Below are positions 1 to 9,478 of a stretch of 64,000 nt of DNA, in pieces. The stretch is from Candidatus Nanosyncoccus sp. Its GTDB lineage: Bacteria > Patescibacteriota > Saccharimonadia > Saccharimonadales > Saccharimonadaceae. The stretch lies in assembly GCA_045660085.1 (NCBI GenBank), contig JAZRDA010000014.1:1984-65983 (forward strand). Direction: 5' to 3'. The notes under the pieces were generated by a model. That model saw nothing but the letters and a program-made list of their open reading frames with translations. It was not told the DNA's origin and made no database searches. The position numbers and the translations under genes are program-made. Positions within the stretch are counted from its first letter, which is position 1; each line of letters starts with the position of its first letter.

Positions 1-356
1 ATCTCATCGACAAAACTAATTGTTCCCATCTCAGAATTATCACCGCGGCGAGCACCAGCATGTTCAATCCTAAGATAGCCAGAATCCCTCTTAATCTGAG
101 GAGCTATCACATCAAACAGAATAGAAGTAGCTTCAATATCATTCAGGCGTTCAATCACCAAACGACGGTTTGAGAGTCCACCTTTCTTCGCTAGCGTAAT
201 TAGCTTCTCAGTTTCACGACGGATTTCTTTTGCCCGAGCGAGAGTTGTCGTAATAGACTGATACCGAATCAAAGCACACATCAGCCCACGAGTCAGTGCC
301 AACCTCTGATCGGTCTCACGGCCAAATTTGCGGCCTTTTATACCATGTCGGTGCAT
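1..356 (-). CDS. rplQ: 50S ribosomal protein L17, 3' end cut by window edge
   Basis: Not in the ORF track because there is no stop in the window. Reverse translation from the ATG at 354-356 reads MHRHGIKGRKFGRETDQRLALTRGLMCALI..., the L17 N-terminal pattern. It lies directly downstream of rpoA, as in the alpha operon. Confidence 0.85.
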   Translation of the reverse strand, partial: MHRHGIKGRKFGRETDQRLALTRGLMCALIRYQSITTTLARAKEIRRETEKLITLAKKGGLSNRRLVIERLNDIEATSILFDVIAPQIKRDSGYLRIEHAGARRGDNSEMGTISFVDE

Positions 357-357
357 A

Positions 358-1311
358 TTAAAAATTCAACTCCGTTAACTTTTCTTTTACTTCGTCTAAT
401 GCCTTTTGCCCGAAGCCCTTCAACTCTCTCAGATCAGTCTCTGATAGTGTCACTAGGTCTCTTACAGTCTTAATATCATTATTAAGCAAAGCATTAGCTG
501 TCCTTGCTGATAATTCTAAGTCCTCAATTGATACATTGAGCCCGGAATCATCATCGTCTTTATTTAGCCCAGGAGCTGGAGTAGATTCGACCACAGTACT
601 CCCTGCTAAAGCCTTATATTGATTAACTAGAATCGCCGCAGCTTCCTCAAATGCATCCTTAGGCGTAATCGTACCATCGGTATCTACAGTAAGTGTTAGC
701 TGTTGCAAATTAGTATCCTGACCCACACGAGTATTCTCGACTTTGTAGCGAACCCTTAACACCGGAGTAAAGACCGCATCGACTGCAATCATATCCGAAT
801 GCACGCGCTCAGCGCTAGAATTCTCAATCGTAAGATACCCACGACCAGTTTCTACAATAAAATGCATCTTCAAAACAAACTTCGGATCGTCAATGTGACA
901 AATGATTTGGTTAGGATTGGCAATCTCCACTTCCGAAGGAAGCTTGATATCGCCAGCTACTACTCTTTTGTCACCATTCTTATCGGCAGTTTGCTTGTCG
1001 CCCTTGATCTCCAAAGTCAATTCGATTGGTGCATCAGTGTGAGCCTTGAACCGAATATTCTTCAGATTAAGCATAATATCAACTACGTCTTCCCGAATAC
1101 CAGGAATCGCCGCATATTCGTGTGTCGAACCCTCAATCGAGAAAGCCGTAATTGCAGCACCCTTGATGCTCGAGAGCAAAACTCTCCTCAGCGAATTGCC
1201 CAAAGTATTACCATAGCCATAATATAAAGGTCTAATGACAAATTCCGCGCTAGTCTCGCTCAGTTTCTTTACTTCAGCAAGTGTAGCCTCATGAATATTT
1301 TTAGTAGTCAT
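358..1311 (-). CDS. rpoA: DNA-directed RNA polymerase subunit alpha
   Basis: ORF 358-1347. Alpha N-terminal-domain motif YGYGNTLGNSLRRVLLSS and C-terminal-domain helix-hairpin-helix LELSARTANALLNNDIKTVRDL. Start moved to the ATG at 1311 (MTTKNIHE), which has AAGGAG upstream and clears the rpsD stop at 1325. Confidence 0.93.
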   Translation of the reverse strand: MTTKNIHEATLAEVKKLSETSAEFVIRPLYYGYGNTLGNSLRRVLLSSIKGAAITAFSIEGSTHEYAAIPGIREDVVDIMLNLKNIRFKAHTDAPIELTLEIKGDKQTADKNGDKRVVAGDIKLPSEVEIANPNQIICHIDDPKFVLKMHFIVETGRGYLTIENSSAERVHSDMIAVDAVFTPVLRVRYKVENTRVGQDTNLQQLTLTVDTDGTITPKDAFEEAAAILVNQYKALAGSTVVESTPAPGLNKDDDDSGLNVSIEDLELSARTANALLNNDIKTVRDLVTLSETDLRELKGFGQKALDEVKEKLTELNF

Positions 1312-1324
1312 ATGTTCTTTCTCC

Positions 1325-1942
1325 TTAGCGTGAGTAATACTCAACAATTAATTGTTCATTAATACCAGCTTCCGCTTCTTCGCGTTTCGGAAGACCAGTT
1401 ACTTCAATTTTCATCTTCTTTGCGTCGACCTTCATCCAGGAAAGTGGCGTAACGTTCGCCGCTCCGATAATATTCGCAAGATTCTTGAAGTATTCTAGTT
1501 TACTAGATTTTGGACGAACCTCTAGAACATCACCCGGGTTCAGCCTAATTGATGGAATATCAATTCGACGACCGTTCAATAGAAAATGTCCATGTGAAAC
1601 AAGCTGCCTAGCTTGGCGACGTGTGAGAGCAAATCCAGCTCTGAAGACAACGTTATCAGCCCTTCTTTCTAGGAACTCAAGTAGCTTCTCACCAGTAAGC
1701 CCTTCCGATTTCTGAGCTTCTCGCATCACCTTAGCAAATTGTTTCTCAAGTAAGCCATACATACGGCGTACTTTTTGTTTTTCGCGAAGTTGAGTCAAAT
1801 ACAAACTACCACCTCTTACACGCGTATCGCCATGCTCACCTGGAATCCCAGACTTCTTGGCCATAATCTTATGCGCTTTTGGTGCCAATGCAAAGCCTTC
1901 GCGACGGCTTTGCTTTACAATTGGAGCTTTATCTCTTGCCAT
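1325..1942 (-). CDS. rpsD: 30S ribosomal protein S4
   Basis: MARDKAPIVKQSRREGFAL N-terminus and S4 RNA-binding domain (RADNVVFRAGFALTRRQARQLVSHGHFLLNG). Lies between rpsK and rpoA. Confidence 0.95.
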   Translation of the reverse strand: MARDKAPIVKQSRREGFALAPKAHKIMAKKSGIPGEHGDTRVRGGSLYLTQLREKQKVRRMYGLLEKQFAKVMREAQKSEGLTGEKLLEFLERRADNVVFRAGFALTRRQARQLVSHGHFLLNGRRIDIPSIRLNPGDVLEVRPKSSKLEYFKNLANIIGAANVTPLSWMKVDAKKMKIEVTGLPKREEAEAGINEQLIVEYYSR

Positions 1943-2373
1943 TATGGTTTCCTTTCTCCCTTAGGTCTCACCCCACCATGAGCAATTGGAGTTACATCGG
2001 TAATACCATCAATCTTGATGCCGACTGTGGAAATAGCACGAATCGCCGCATCGCGACCAAGCCCTATTCCTGAGACATAAACATCCACAGAATTAAGTGC
2101 ATTGTTCTTTTTTGCGGTCTCTAGAGCCTTCTCAGCTGCAACACCAGCTGCAAAAGCCGTACCTTTCTTTGAACCACGGAAGCCATTTGCTCCAGCCGAA
2201 GACGATGCAAGCACACCGCCATTCTTATCAGTCACAGTTACAATCGTATTGTTGAAAGTAGATTGGATGTGCACCGAACCGGCATTAACGATTCTTTTGA
2301 TTTTCTTCTGTTTTGACTTAGAAGCCTTAGCTTCAGTAGTCTCGACAATTCCATTCTTAACTTCTTCTGCCAT
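1942..2373 (-). CDS. rpsK: 30S ribosomal protein S11 with Lys-rich N-terminal extension
   Basis: Core GSVHIQSTFNNTIVTVTDKNG...FRGSKKGTAFAA is S11. About 25 extra N-terminal residues. Its stop overlaps the rpsD ATG (TAATG). Confidence 0.95.
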   Translation of the reverse strand: MAEEVKNGIVETTEAKASKSKQKKIKRIVNAGSVHIQSTFNNTIVTVTDKNGGVLASSSAGANGFRGSKKGTAFAAGVAAEKALETAKKNNALNSVDVYVSGIGLGRDAAIRAISTVGIKIDGITDVTPIAHGGVRPKGERKP

Positions 2374-2381
2374 AATTCTCC

Positions 2382-2768
2382 TTAAGTCTTACTTGCTGCC
2401 TTAGGCTGTGTACCACCGACCGCGATCGCCTTACCCTTACGCGTACGTGCATTCGTACGAGTACGTTGACCATTAACTGGTAACTTAGCCTTGTGACGGA
2501 TACCCTTATATGAATTGATATCCTTCAATCGTTTAATATTGTTGCTCACGAGACGTCTGAGATCGCCTTCAACGTGGTATTTCGTAGAAATAATGTCGTT
2601 GATTTTCTGTTCTTCAGCCTCGGTGAGATCTTTCACCCGAGTGGTAGGCTCGATTTTAGCCTCCGCAAGGATTTTCTTTGAAGTCGTGCGACCAATACCG
2701 TAAACATAAGTGAGTGCAATCCACACTTGTTTCTCGGAAGGTATCACAACACTAGCTATTCTAGCCAT
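2382..2768 (-). CDS. rpsM: 30S ribosomal protein S13
   Basis: [34 protein letters not shown] is the S13 signature. Canonical position after rpmJ. Confidence 0.95.
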   Translation of the reverse strand: MARIASVVIPSEKQVWIALTYVYGIGRTTSKKILAEAKIEPTTRVKDLTEAEEQKINDIISTKYHVEGDLRRLVSNNIKRLKDINSYKGIRHKAKLPVNGQRTRTNARTRKGKAIAVGGTQPKAASKT

Positions 2769-2772
2769 TTAT

Positions 2773-2889
2773 TTAACCCTGCCTTTGCTTATTCTTAGGT
2801 TTTTTCTTGTTGATGACTCGAAGCACACCCTTCCGGCGCACGATGATATCATCGGGGGAGATTTTTTTAACACTTGCACGTACTTTCAT
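2773..2889 (-). CDS. rpmJ: 50S ribosomal protein L36, form lacking the zinc ligands
   Basis: Below the ORF-track size cutoff. Reverse translation gives [38 protein letters not shown] (38 aa), matching the L36 frame MKVRASVK...KQRQG. Lies between infA and rpsM. Confidence 0.9.
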   Translation of the reverse strand: MKVRASVKKISPDDIIVRRKGVLRVINKKKPKNKQRQG

Positions 2890-3018
2890 GGTGTTAAAAT
2901 CCTTTCCTTTTAGCGTCGTATCTCTACTACACTTAATAAAGTATTATTGCTAAATACTTTTGCAACTAGTATTTAACAGTATCCAAATTAAATGTTGTAA
3001 AAAATACAACAATTAATA

Positions 3019-3243
3019 TTAATCCTTGAGTCTGAAGCTGATTCTACCCTTTGTAAGATCGTAAGGGGTTAACTCAACCTCGACCCTGTCACCCGGCACG
3101 AGACGGATATAATTCTTTCGCATTTTACCGCTCATATGGGCAACAATAATATGACCATTCTCGAGTTTAACCCGAAATTGGGTATTCGGCAGCGCTTCCA
3201 CCACACTACCAGTGAGTTTAATCACTTCCTTCTGACTAGCCAT
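3019..3243 (-). CDS. infA: translation initiation factor IF-1
   Basis: 74 aa. [55 protein letters not shown] is the IF-1 S1-fold consensus. Confidence 0.95.
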   Translation of the reverse strand: MASQKEVIKLTGSVVEALPNTQFRVKLENGHIIVAHMSGKMRKNYIRLVPGDRVEVELTPYDLTKGRISFRLKD

Positions 3244-3316
3244 AAATTACCATTCCAGTTTACCACGAAAATAGTAAATTGTAAAGAACCATACATTATA
3301 ATTCTAAATCGAGTCA

Positions 3317-4018
3317 TTATTCTATTATTACTGCGCGCACAAATTGACGTGAAAGGTAAGTTCCTCGCTGTTGCGACCATTCGCCTGAACAAGTAATTAA
3401 AGTAACGGATTCCTTGCCTGGAATTGGCGATTTAGCCGCCGTAGACATATATCGATCAGCATCAGATAGCAAGACTTCTTTATTCTCATATACTTTATAA
3501 GAATATTTCAGGCCATCGCCCCGCTCAATCACAATAATATCCCCCTCACTAAGTTCCGGCAAATCCTTAAAAACACCGTGCACGTGCGGCCCACCATTGT
3601 GTCCATCAATAATCATCGTCCCTCCCTGACCTGGTTTCCCAGACTCCTGATACCAACCCACATCGAAAATATTACGTGGCGTGTCAAGCGCATTATTATC
3701 CGTCAGTCCCATCGGCAAAACTCTCGCATTATAAATGCCTAGCGCCTCAATCGTCATGTATCTCGGCCTATCTGCCGCCACCACATATTCATAAACCTCT
3801 TCTTCAGTTGGTTTTTCCTCAATCAGCTCTTCCTCGGGCTGAATTGCTCCAACATTACTTGTAGTCGCCCTTTCGCTACCTTCTTTTTCATTATAATAAT
3901 AGTTTTCAAATGCTATCACCCTTATAATAAAAACCAAAAACAACACAGCCAGGACGGCTAGCCCGACCCATTTCGCTACTCTACGCCAGCTAAGATCAAT
4001 CTTTAAGCTCATCACCAA
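3317..4018 (-). CDS. sortase-family transpeptidase (membrane-anchored)
   Basis: N-terminal transmembrane anchor (WVGLAVLAVLFLVFIIRVIAF). Conserved His in MIIDGHNG, catalytic Cys in VTLITC, downstream Arg (LSRQFVRAV), and the DVGWY motif seen in class E/F sortases. Overlaps the secY stop by 23 nt. Confidence 0.8.
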   Translation of the reverse strand: MVMSLKIDLSWRRVAKWVGLAVLAVLFLVFIIRVIAFENYYYNEKEGSERATTSNVGAIQPEEELIEEKPTEEEVYEYVVAADRPRYMTIEALGIYNARVLPMGLTDNNALDTPRNIFDVGWYQESGKPGQGGTMIIDGHNGGPHVHGVFKDLPELSEGDIIVIERGDGLKYSYKVYENKEVLLSDADRYMSTAAKSPIPGKESVTLITCSGEWSQQRGTYLSRQFVRAVIIE

Positions 4019-5429
4019 AATCGTCGTAAGTTATCATTAGAGCTCTAGAATCCACCGACCTCAGATTCTCTAACGCCACCGTTACCACAATCAAAAGCCC
4101 AGTACCAGAAATTGATAAGCCAATCGGCGCACCAGTAATCACGATGAAAATGTAATCAGTAATAAATGGCAACATCGCAATTAGCCCCAGCGCCAAAGCG
4201 CCAAATAAATCTAGGTGATTTACAACCTTGGACAAGTATTTAGAAGTAGTAATACCAGGCCTCACCCCCTCAATGAATCCACCCTGCTTCTGCAAATTAT
4301 CCGCAATCTCCTTCGTGTTGAAAATGATTGACGTATAGAAATAAGTAAACATGAAGACTAGTAGGAAATACATCGCCGGATAAACAAACCATTTCCCAGT
4401 AATACCATCTGGGTACATCGTCGCGAAATTGTTAGCCGAAGGCGCCGAAAAAATTGAAACTAATCCTGCTCCGAATTCATTCCCCTCATCGAAAGTCATA
4501 ATCACCTGACCCACCAGTGCAGGCAGCGACAGGAAAGCCGTAGCGAAAATCACCGGAATCACACCAGCCGCAATCAGCTTGATTGGCAAAATCGACTTAA
4601 TTCCGCCATATGACGAATTACCATGCACTCGCTTCGCATAATTTACGGTTATAATTCTCTGAGCTTCGTTCAACTTCACCAGGAAATATATCACCACTAG
4701 CATAGCGATAGCAAATCCTAACACAATCCAGAATGTCGTCGGATTAACTGGTAATTCGAACCAACCAAATAAACTCAAGCTCCCTTGAGCTGTATCAAAT
4801 AATGCCGCCCCAAGTGAAGCCATAGTGGTGGGTAACTGAGAAATAATTGAAGCAAAAATTAAAGTAGAAATACCGTTTCCAATCCCTTGCTCAGTAATCA
4901 ATTCGCCCATCCACATCAATATCACCGAACCAGCCGTCATTGCCGTCACCGACAAGGCCCAATCACCGAAAGTCGGAGTAAATTCACTCGCAATATTTGC
5001 CGACAAAGTCGACTGATACAATATAAATATATAAGCAATAGATTGCACAATAGCTAGCGGCACGGTCAGCATTCTCGTCCACTGATTAATCTTGCGACGA
5101 CCCGTCTCACCATCATTAGATAATTCTTCAAGTGAAGGGATAGCCTTAGTTAGAAGCTGAATCACAATCGAGCCAGTAATATAAGGCGAAAGCCCGACCA
5201 GAATAATGCTAAATGAAGCCAGACCACCACCTGAGATTAAGTTAAGAAAGCTCGAAAAATCAGATTTCTCCATCAAATTTGAAACTGCTTCCTTAAATGT
5301 TGATGCATCGCCCATCGGTACCGGAATCTGTGCCAAAAGTCGATAAGCAACAATTATCCCAAGTATAATCATTACTCGTTTCAGCATGTCTTTATTTTTT
5401 AGCGATTTGAAAATAGTCTTGAAATGCAT
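3996..5429 (-). CDS. secY: preprotein translocase subunit SecY
   Basis: Multi-pass membrane protein with SecY-like blocks (GGLASFSIILVGLSPYITGSIVIQLL, INQWTRMLTVPLAIVQS, YGGIKSILPIKLIAAGVIPVIFA). Start moved from 5519 to the ATG at 5429 (MHFKTIF), which has GAGG 5 nt upstream. Confidence 0.92.
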   Translation of the reverse strand: MHFKTIFKSLKNKDMLKRVMIILGIIVAYRLLAQIPVPMGDASTFKEAVSNLMEKSDFSSFLNLISGGGLASFSIILVGLSPYITGSIVIQLLTKAIPSLEELSNDGETGRRKINQWTRMLTVPLAIVQSIAYIFILYQSTLSANIASEFTPTFGDWALSVTAMTAGSVILMWMGELITEQGIGNGISTLIFASIISQLPTTMASLGAALFDTAQGSLSLFGWFELPVNPTTFWIVLGFAIAMLVVIYFLVKLNEAQRIITVNYAKRVHGNSSYGGIKSILPIKLIAAGVIPVIFATAFLSLPALVGQVIMTFDEGNEFGAGLVSIFSAPSANNFATMYPDGITGKWFVYPAMYFLLVFMFTYFYTSIIFNTKEIADNLQKQGGFIEGVRPGITTSKYLSKVVNHLDLFGALALGLIAMLPFITDYIFIVITGAPIGLSISGTGLLIVVTVALENLRSVDSRALMITYDDFGDELKD

Positions 5430-5518
5430 AATAACCTCTGAATTTGTACTATATAGAATATAGCACATAAACCAGCAAAATACAACAAAAAACCTTACGC
5501 GAACAGTCTGGAAGAACA

Positions 5519-5645
5519 AGAAAATATCCGAAATGGCATATTGAGGAATCTGTCGGAGGTTACGACCGAGACAGAAGGAGCGCCGCCCCCGTAACGACGG
5601 GCGGCGGCGACTCCGTGTCCGAAAGATGCCATTCGGATATTTTTT
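5519..5645. repeat. GC-rich structured palindromic element (variant A of the element family)
   Basis: Closing arms aaaatatccgaa/ttcggatatttt (5521-5532 / 5632-5643) plus tggcat/atgcca. GA opposite GA (5543-5544 / 5621-5622). Two internal hairpins (5550-5574, and 5577-5614 with the 8-bp cgccgccc/gggcggcg stem). Abuts the rpoC stop codon. Confidence 0.7.
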
Positions 5646-8600
5646 ATAGATTCTCTAGATCTTCCTCAGTCGGTATTTTCGAATCTGGTACTTCAAAATC
5701 CGACAAAGGCGCTACACCAGTACCTACCGGAATCTTACGACCGATAATTACATTCTCCTTGAGACCACGTAGATGATCCACCCGTCCATTAATCGCCGCA
5801 TTAATCAGAACCCTAGTCGTATCCTGGAATGATGCCGCCGACAAGAACGAATCCGTGAAGATTGAGACTTTCGTTATACCAAGCAGCAAGTTATTATAGG
5901 TCATTGGTGCTTTACCCGCAGCCTCTAGTTCCTTATTGGTGAGGCTTGCCGCTGTCTTAGAGATGATATCACCAGAAACAAACTCAGAATCGCCCGGATC
6001 AACCACTTGCACTCTAGAGAACATTTGGCGAACCAGAATTTCCAAGTGCTTCGGTGAAATCTCATGACCCTGCGCCGCATACACATTAAGAACGTCGTTC
6101 ATGATGTAGCGCTCAGTCGCTTCAATTCCCTTATACTTCAAAAGATCTTGTAGATTCAAAGAACCAGTTGTTAGCCTATCACCAGCCTTTACTAAATCAT
6201 TAGACTTTACTACAATCTCGGCATCACCTGGTATTTCAATTTTAATTGGAGCGCCCGCTGCAGATACAAGGATAATTGCATCTTTTACTAGCTCTACCAC
6301 ACCATCATTTGGTGCCTTAATAGCAGGGCTAGAGCCGCTCTTTCTCACCAAGATAGCACCAGCTTTTACACTTTCGCCATCTTTTACCGAAGGCTTTCTA
6401 CCATTTAGTTCAATCCTCTCAATCGCACCAGATTGTGGTGAAATTTGTACGACATAATGATTATTATCTTCATACACTTCTGCTACACCCTCAATTGGCG
6501 ATACGTAAGCTTGACCTTTTGGTGTACGAGCTTCAAGCAGCTCCTCTACACGTGGAAGACCTCTTGCGATTGCACCAGAACCTGCCACACCAGAACCGTG
6601 TTTAGTATCAAGCGTTAGCTGCGTACCCGGCTCACCAAGCGACTGCGCAGCAATCACGCCGACCGGCTCATTCGCCGCTACTAATTCCCTAGTTGCCATA
6701 TCCACACCATAAGCCTTGCGTGGAATACCATTGACAGCCTTGGTCGAAAGTACAGACTGAATCTTAACACCTTCAATCTTTTCATCGGCCTCAATTTGCT
6801 CGGCCATCTCCTTAGTAATCAGCTCATCTGCTTCCAGATATCCAGGCACCACGTCTGCCGTATAACGACCAGCAATCCGTGCACTAAACTCAATCCCAGA
6901 AGCTTCAGTCTCATTGCGGTAAACCATGAATCCAGGGTCCTCAGCCTCTTCATTTGTAGTAAAGACGTCTTGAGAAACATCCACAAGACGGCGTGTCAGA
7001 TAACCAGAGTCTGCCGTGCGAAGTGCCGTAGACACCTGACCCTGACGTGCACCTCGAGTCGCAATGAATGATTCTAGGGTGTTTAAACCCTTCTTATATG
7101 ACGACTTCACCGGAAGCTCGATTTCATTGTTGTTAATATCCACCATGATACCAATCTCTGCCGAAGCGAGCTTAATGTTCGAAATATTACCACGAGCACC
7201 AGAGTTCACCATCACTGCAATATCAGTATCCATTTCGTTTAGCTTACCAGCTAAGAAATCGGATATCTTCTTGTCAATGTCACGCCAGTTAGCAATCGTT
7301 AACTTATAGCGCTCTTCGTCAGTCGTCAGACCATCATTGTAATCTTGCTGAATCAGAGCCGTCTTCGCATCGCCCTCCGCGATAAAGTCATCGATCTCGC
7401 TATAAGTAGGATAATCATCCTTAGCAGTGGAAATCGAAGCCACAGTTTCGTATTCGAAAGCTAGGTCCTTCAAATCGTCAGCCGTCTTCACCATCGTCTC
7501 CGAACCATAAAGGTCGAAAATGTCCGCCATCACCTTGGAAAGATGCTTCTTGTTCTGGACTGAATTATCATATGGATAATCAGCCGGCAAGATTTCGTTA
7601 AAGATTACTCTACCAAGCGTGGTATTACGAATCTCTTTCTTCGCAAAGACCCGAATCGGTGTTTGCAAATTAATCACGCCCTGATCGTAGGCCATTTCTG
7701 CTTCATAAACCGAAGAGAACGCCTTTGGTTTATCAGTATCAGTACCAGGCTTATCGTAAGTCAAATAATAAGCACCGAGCACCACATCCTGATAAATCGC
7801 GAGCACTGGAGAACCGTCCGCTGGTTTCAAAAGATTTTTCGAAGCTGACATCAATTCTCGAGCCTCATCCTGAGCAGCATCTGATAGTGGTAGATGTACT
7901 GCCATCTGGTCACCATCATAGTCGGCGTTAAAGCCAGATGCCACCAAAGGATGTAGTTTAATCGCCTTACCATCAATCAATCTTGGCTGGAAAGCCTGCA
8001 CCGATAAACGGTGAAGCGAAGGAGCACGGTTCAAGAGCACATACTTACCCTTAATCACCTCATCCAGAGCATCCCAGACTACAGCTTCCTTAGCCTCAAG
8101 CAGTCTCGAAGCTGCTCGGATATTGTTGGCATATTCATTACCAATCAGCCAGGAAATTACAAACGGTTTAAAGAGTTCTAGCGCCATTTGCTTTGGTAAA
8201 CCACATTCGTGTAATTTAAGTTCCGGCCCCACCACAATCACCGAACGTCCAGAGTAATCCACACGCTTACCCAGCAAATTCTGGCGGAAGCGACCCTGCT
8301 TACCTTTTAATAGATCCGACAGAGACTTCAGCTTGCGACGACCATTGGTCGAATTAGCACCCTTAGAACCATGAGAAGCCGAATTGTCGATCAAAGAATC
8401 GACTGCCTCTTGCAGCATTCTCATCTCATTGCGGCAAATCACCTCTGGTGCATGCAAATCAAGCAGCTTCTTCAAACGGTTATTGCGGTTAATAACTCTA
8501 CGATACAAATCGTTTAAGTCGGATGTCGCAAATCTACCACCAGGCAAAGCAATCATTGGGCGAAGATCAGGTGGAATCACCGGCACAACCGTCAGAATTA

Positions 8601-9477
8601 AGTCTTCCGGCTTAATACCAGCAGACTGCATCCCCTCTAATGTCTTTAGGCGCTTCTGAATCTTCTTTTCCTTCTGGCCTTTGGCTTCCTCTTCTTCCTT
8701 ATGCAAATCTTCAATCAGCTTATCAAGATCAATTTCGTCGAGTAATTTCTTAATCGCCGTAGCACCCATCTCTACCGTAATTAAATCTTCGTACTCTTCC
8801 GGTAAATTACGATATTGTACTTCCGTAATTACACCGCCCTTCTTGAAGGACTCCAAGGTCGACTTACGATATGCATAATCTGCTTGCAAATCGTTTAGCT
8901 CCTTAGTTTGTTCTTCGGCTAAAGCTTTTACATCTGCACCTTTTTCCTTAGCTGCCTTTTCGTAACGAATCTTAATGGCATCTCTTGCCGTATTCGTTTG
9001 CTCATCCAATTTATCGAGTAGTTGCTCAACCTTCTTCGTATCCGCATCAACAATTAGATAAGTTGCAAAATACACCACTTTCTCGATGTTTTTTACTGTA
9101 ATGTCGAGCAAAAGCGACAAAGCCGAAGGAATACCGCGCATAAACCAAATGTGTGCCACTGGCGCCGCAAGCGCAATGTGCCCCATCCGTTCACGACGGG
9201 TAATCGACTTAGTAACAAGATTACCTTCCTTATCCACTGCAGCTTCGCGTGACCTTACCCCTTTCAGCTTCGCATCATGCGGATTAATGTCCTTAGTCGG
9301 ACCGAAAATCCTTTCACAGAACAAACCATCACGCTCAGGCTTCTGGGTTCTGTAATTGATTGTTTCTGGCTTGGTTACTTCACCATAACTCCAATTCAGA
9401 ATATCGTCGCGACTTGCAACCGACAAACGAATTGAGTCAAAGTCCGAAGCGCTGATAAAATTATCCATCCACGCCAT
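5644..9477 (-). CDS. rpoC: DNA-directed RNA polymerase subunit beta'
   Basis: Catalytic motif NADYDGDQMAVH plus many beta' blocks. The ORF opens at 9522, but the ATG at 9475-9477 (MAWMDNF) sits 1 nt after the rpoB stop (TAATATG), so it is the likely start. Confidence 0.95.
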   Translation of the reverse strand: MAWMDNFISASDFDSIRLSVASRDDILNWSYGEVTKPETINYRTQKPERDGLFCERIFGPTKDINPHDAKLKGVRSREAAVDKEGNLVTKSITRRERMGHIALAAPVAHIWFMRGIPSALSLLLDITVKNIEKVVYFATYLIVDADTKKVEQLLDKLDEQTNTARDAIKIRYEKAAKEKGADVKALAEEQTKELNDLQADYAYRKSTLESFKKGGVITEVQYRNLPEEYEDLITVEMGATAIKKLLDEIDLDKLIEDLHKEEEEAKGQKEKKIQKRLKTLEGMQSAGIKPEDLILTVVPVIPPDLRPMIALPGGRFATSDLNDLYRRVINRNNRLKKLLDLHAPEVICRNEMRMLQEAVDSLIDNSASHGSKGANSTNGRRKLKSLSDLLKGKQGRFRQNLLGKRVDYSGRSVIVVGPELKLHECGLPKQMALELFKPFVISWLIGNEYANNIRAASRLLEAKEAVVWDALDEVIKGKYVLLNRAPSLHRLSVQAFQPRLIDGKAIKLHPLVASGFNADYDGDQMAVHLPLSDAAQDEARELMSASKNLLKPADGSPVLAIYQDVVLGAYYLTYDKPGTDTDKPKAFSSVYEAEMAYDQGVINLQTPIRVFAKKEIRNTTLGRVIFNEILPADYPYDNSVQNKKHLSKVMADIFDLYGSETMVKTADDLKDLAFEYETVASISTAKDDYPTYSEIDDFIAEGDAKTALIQQDYNDGLTTDEERYKLTIANWRDIDKKISDFLAGKLNEMDTDIAVMVNSGARGNISNIKLASAEIGIMVDINNNEIELPVKSSYKKGLNTLESFIATRGARQGQVSTALRTADSGYLTRRLVDVSQDVFTTNEEAEDPGFMVYRNETEASGIEFSARIAGRYTADVVPGYLEADELITKEMAEQIEADEKIEGVKIQSVLSTKAVNGIPRKAYGVDMATRELVAANEPVGVIAAQSLGEPGTQLTLDTKHGSGVAGSGAIARGLPRVEELLEARTPKGQAYVSPIEGVAEVYEDNNHYVVQISPQSGAIERIELNGRKPSVKDGESVKAGAILVRKSGSSPAIKAPNDGVVELVKDAIILVSAAGAPIKIEIPGDAEIVVKSNDLVKAGDRLTTGSLNLQDLLKYKGIEATERYIMNDVLNVYAAQGHEISPKHLEILVRQMFSRVQVVDPGDSEFVSGDIISKTAASLTNKELEAAGKAPMTYNNLLLGITKVSIFTDSFLSAASFQDTTRVLINAAINGRVDHLRGLKENVIIGRKIPVGTGVAPLSDFEVPDSKIPTEEDLENL

Positions 9478-9478
9478 A

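Noticed and set aside
5430-5519. N-terminal extensions of track ORFs (secY to 5519, rpoA to 1347, rplF to 44074, rplD to 57323, rpsN to 51993, rpoC to 9522, metG to 34439, ctp to 22036, khpA to 13741)
   Set aside because: The extensions overlap the preceding gene or lack an SD or promoter. Internal ATGs give canonical N-termini (e.g. MSRIGKQPIEIP for L6), with an SD, stop-start coupling or a -10 box at the right distance.
5519-5645. Possibility that element A is a known small RNA gene (SRP/4.5S RNA, RNase P RNA fragment or tmRNA)
   Set aside because: On neither strand could I find the SRP domain IV GGAA/AGCA motifs, the RNase P GAGGAAAGUCC P4 sequence, or a tRNA-like acceptor end. Its size and its shared architecture with copies B and C fit a repeat family better.
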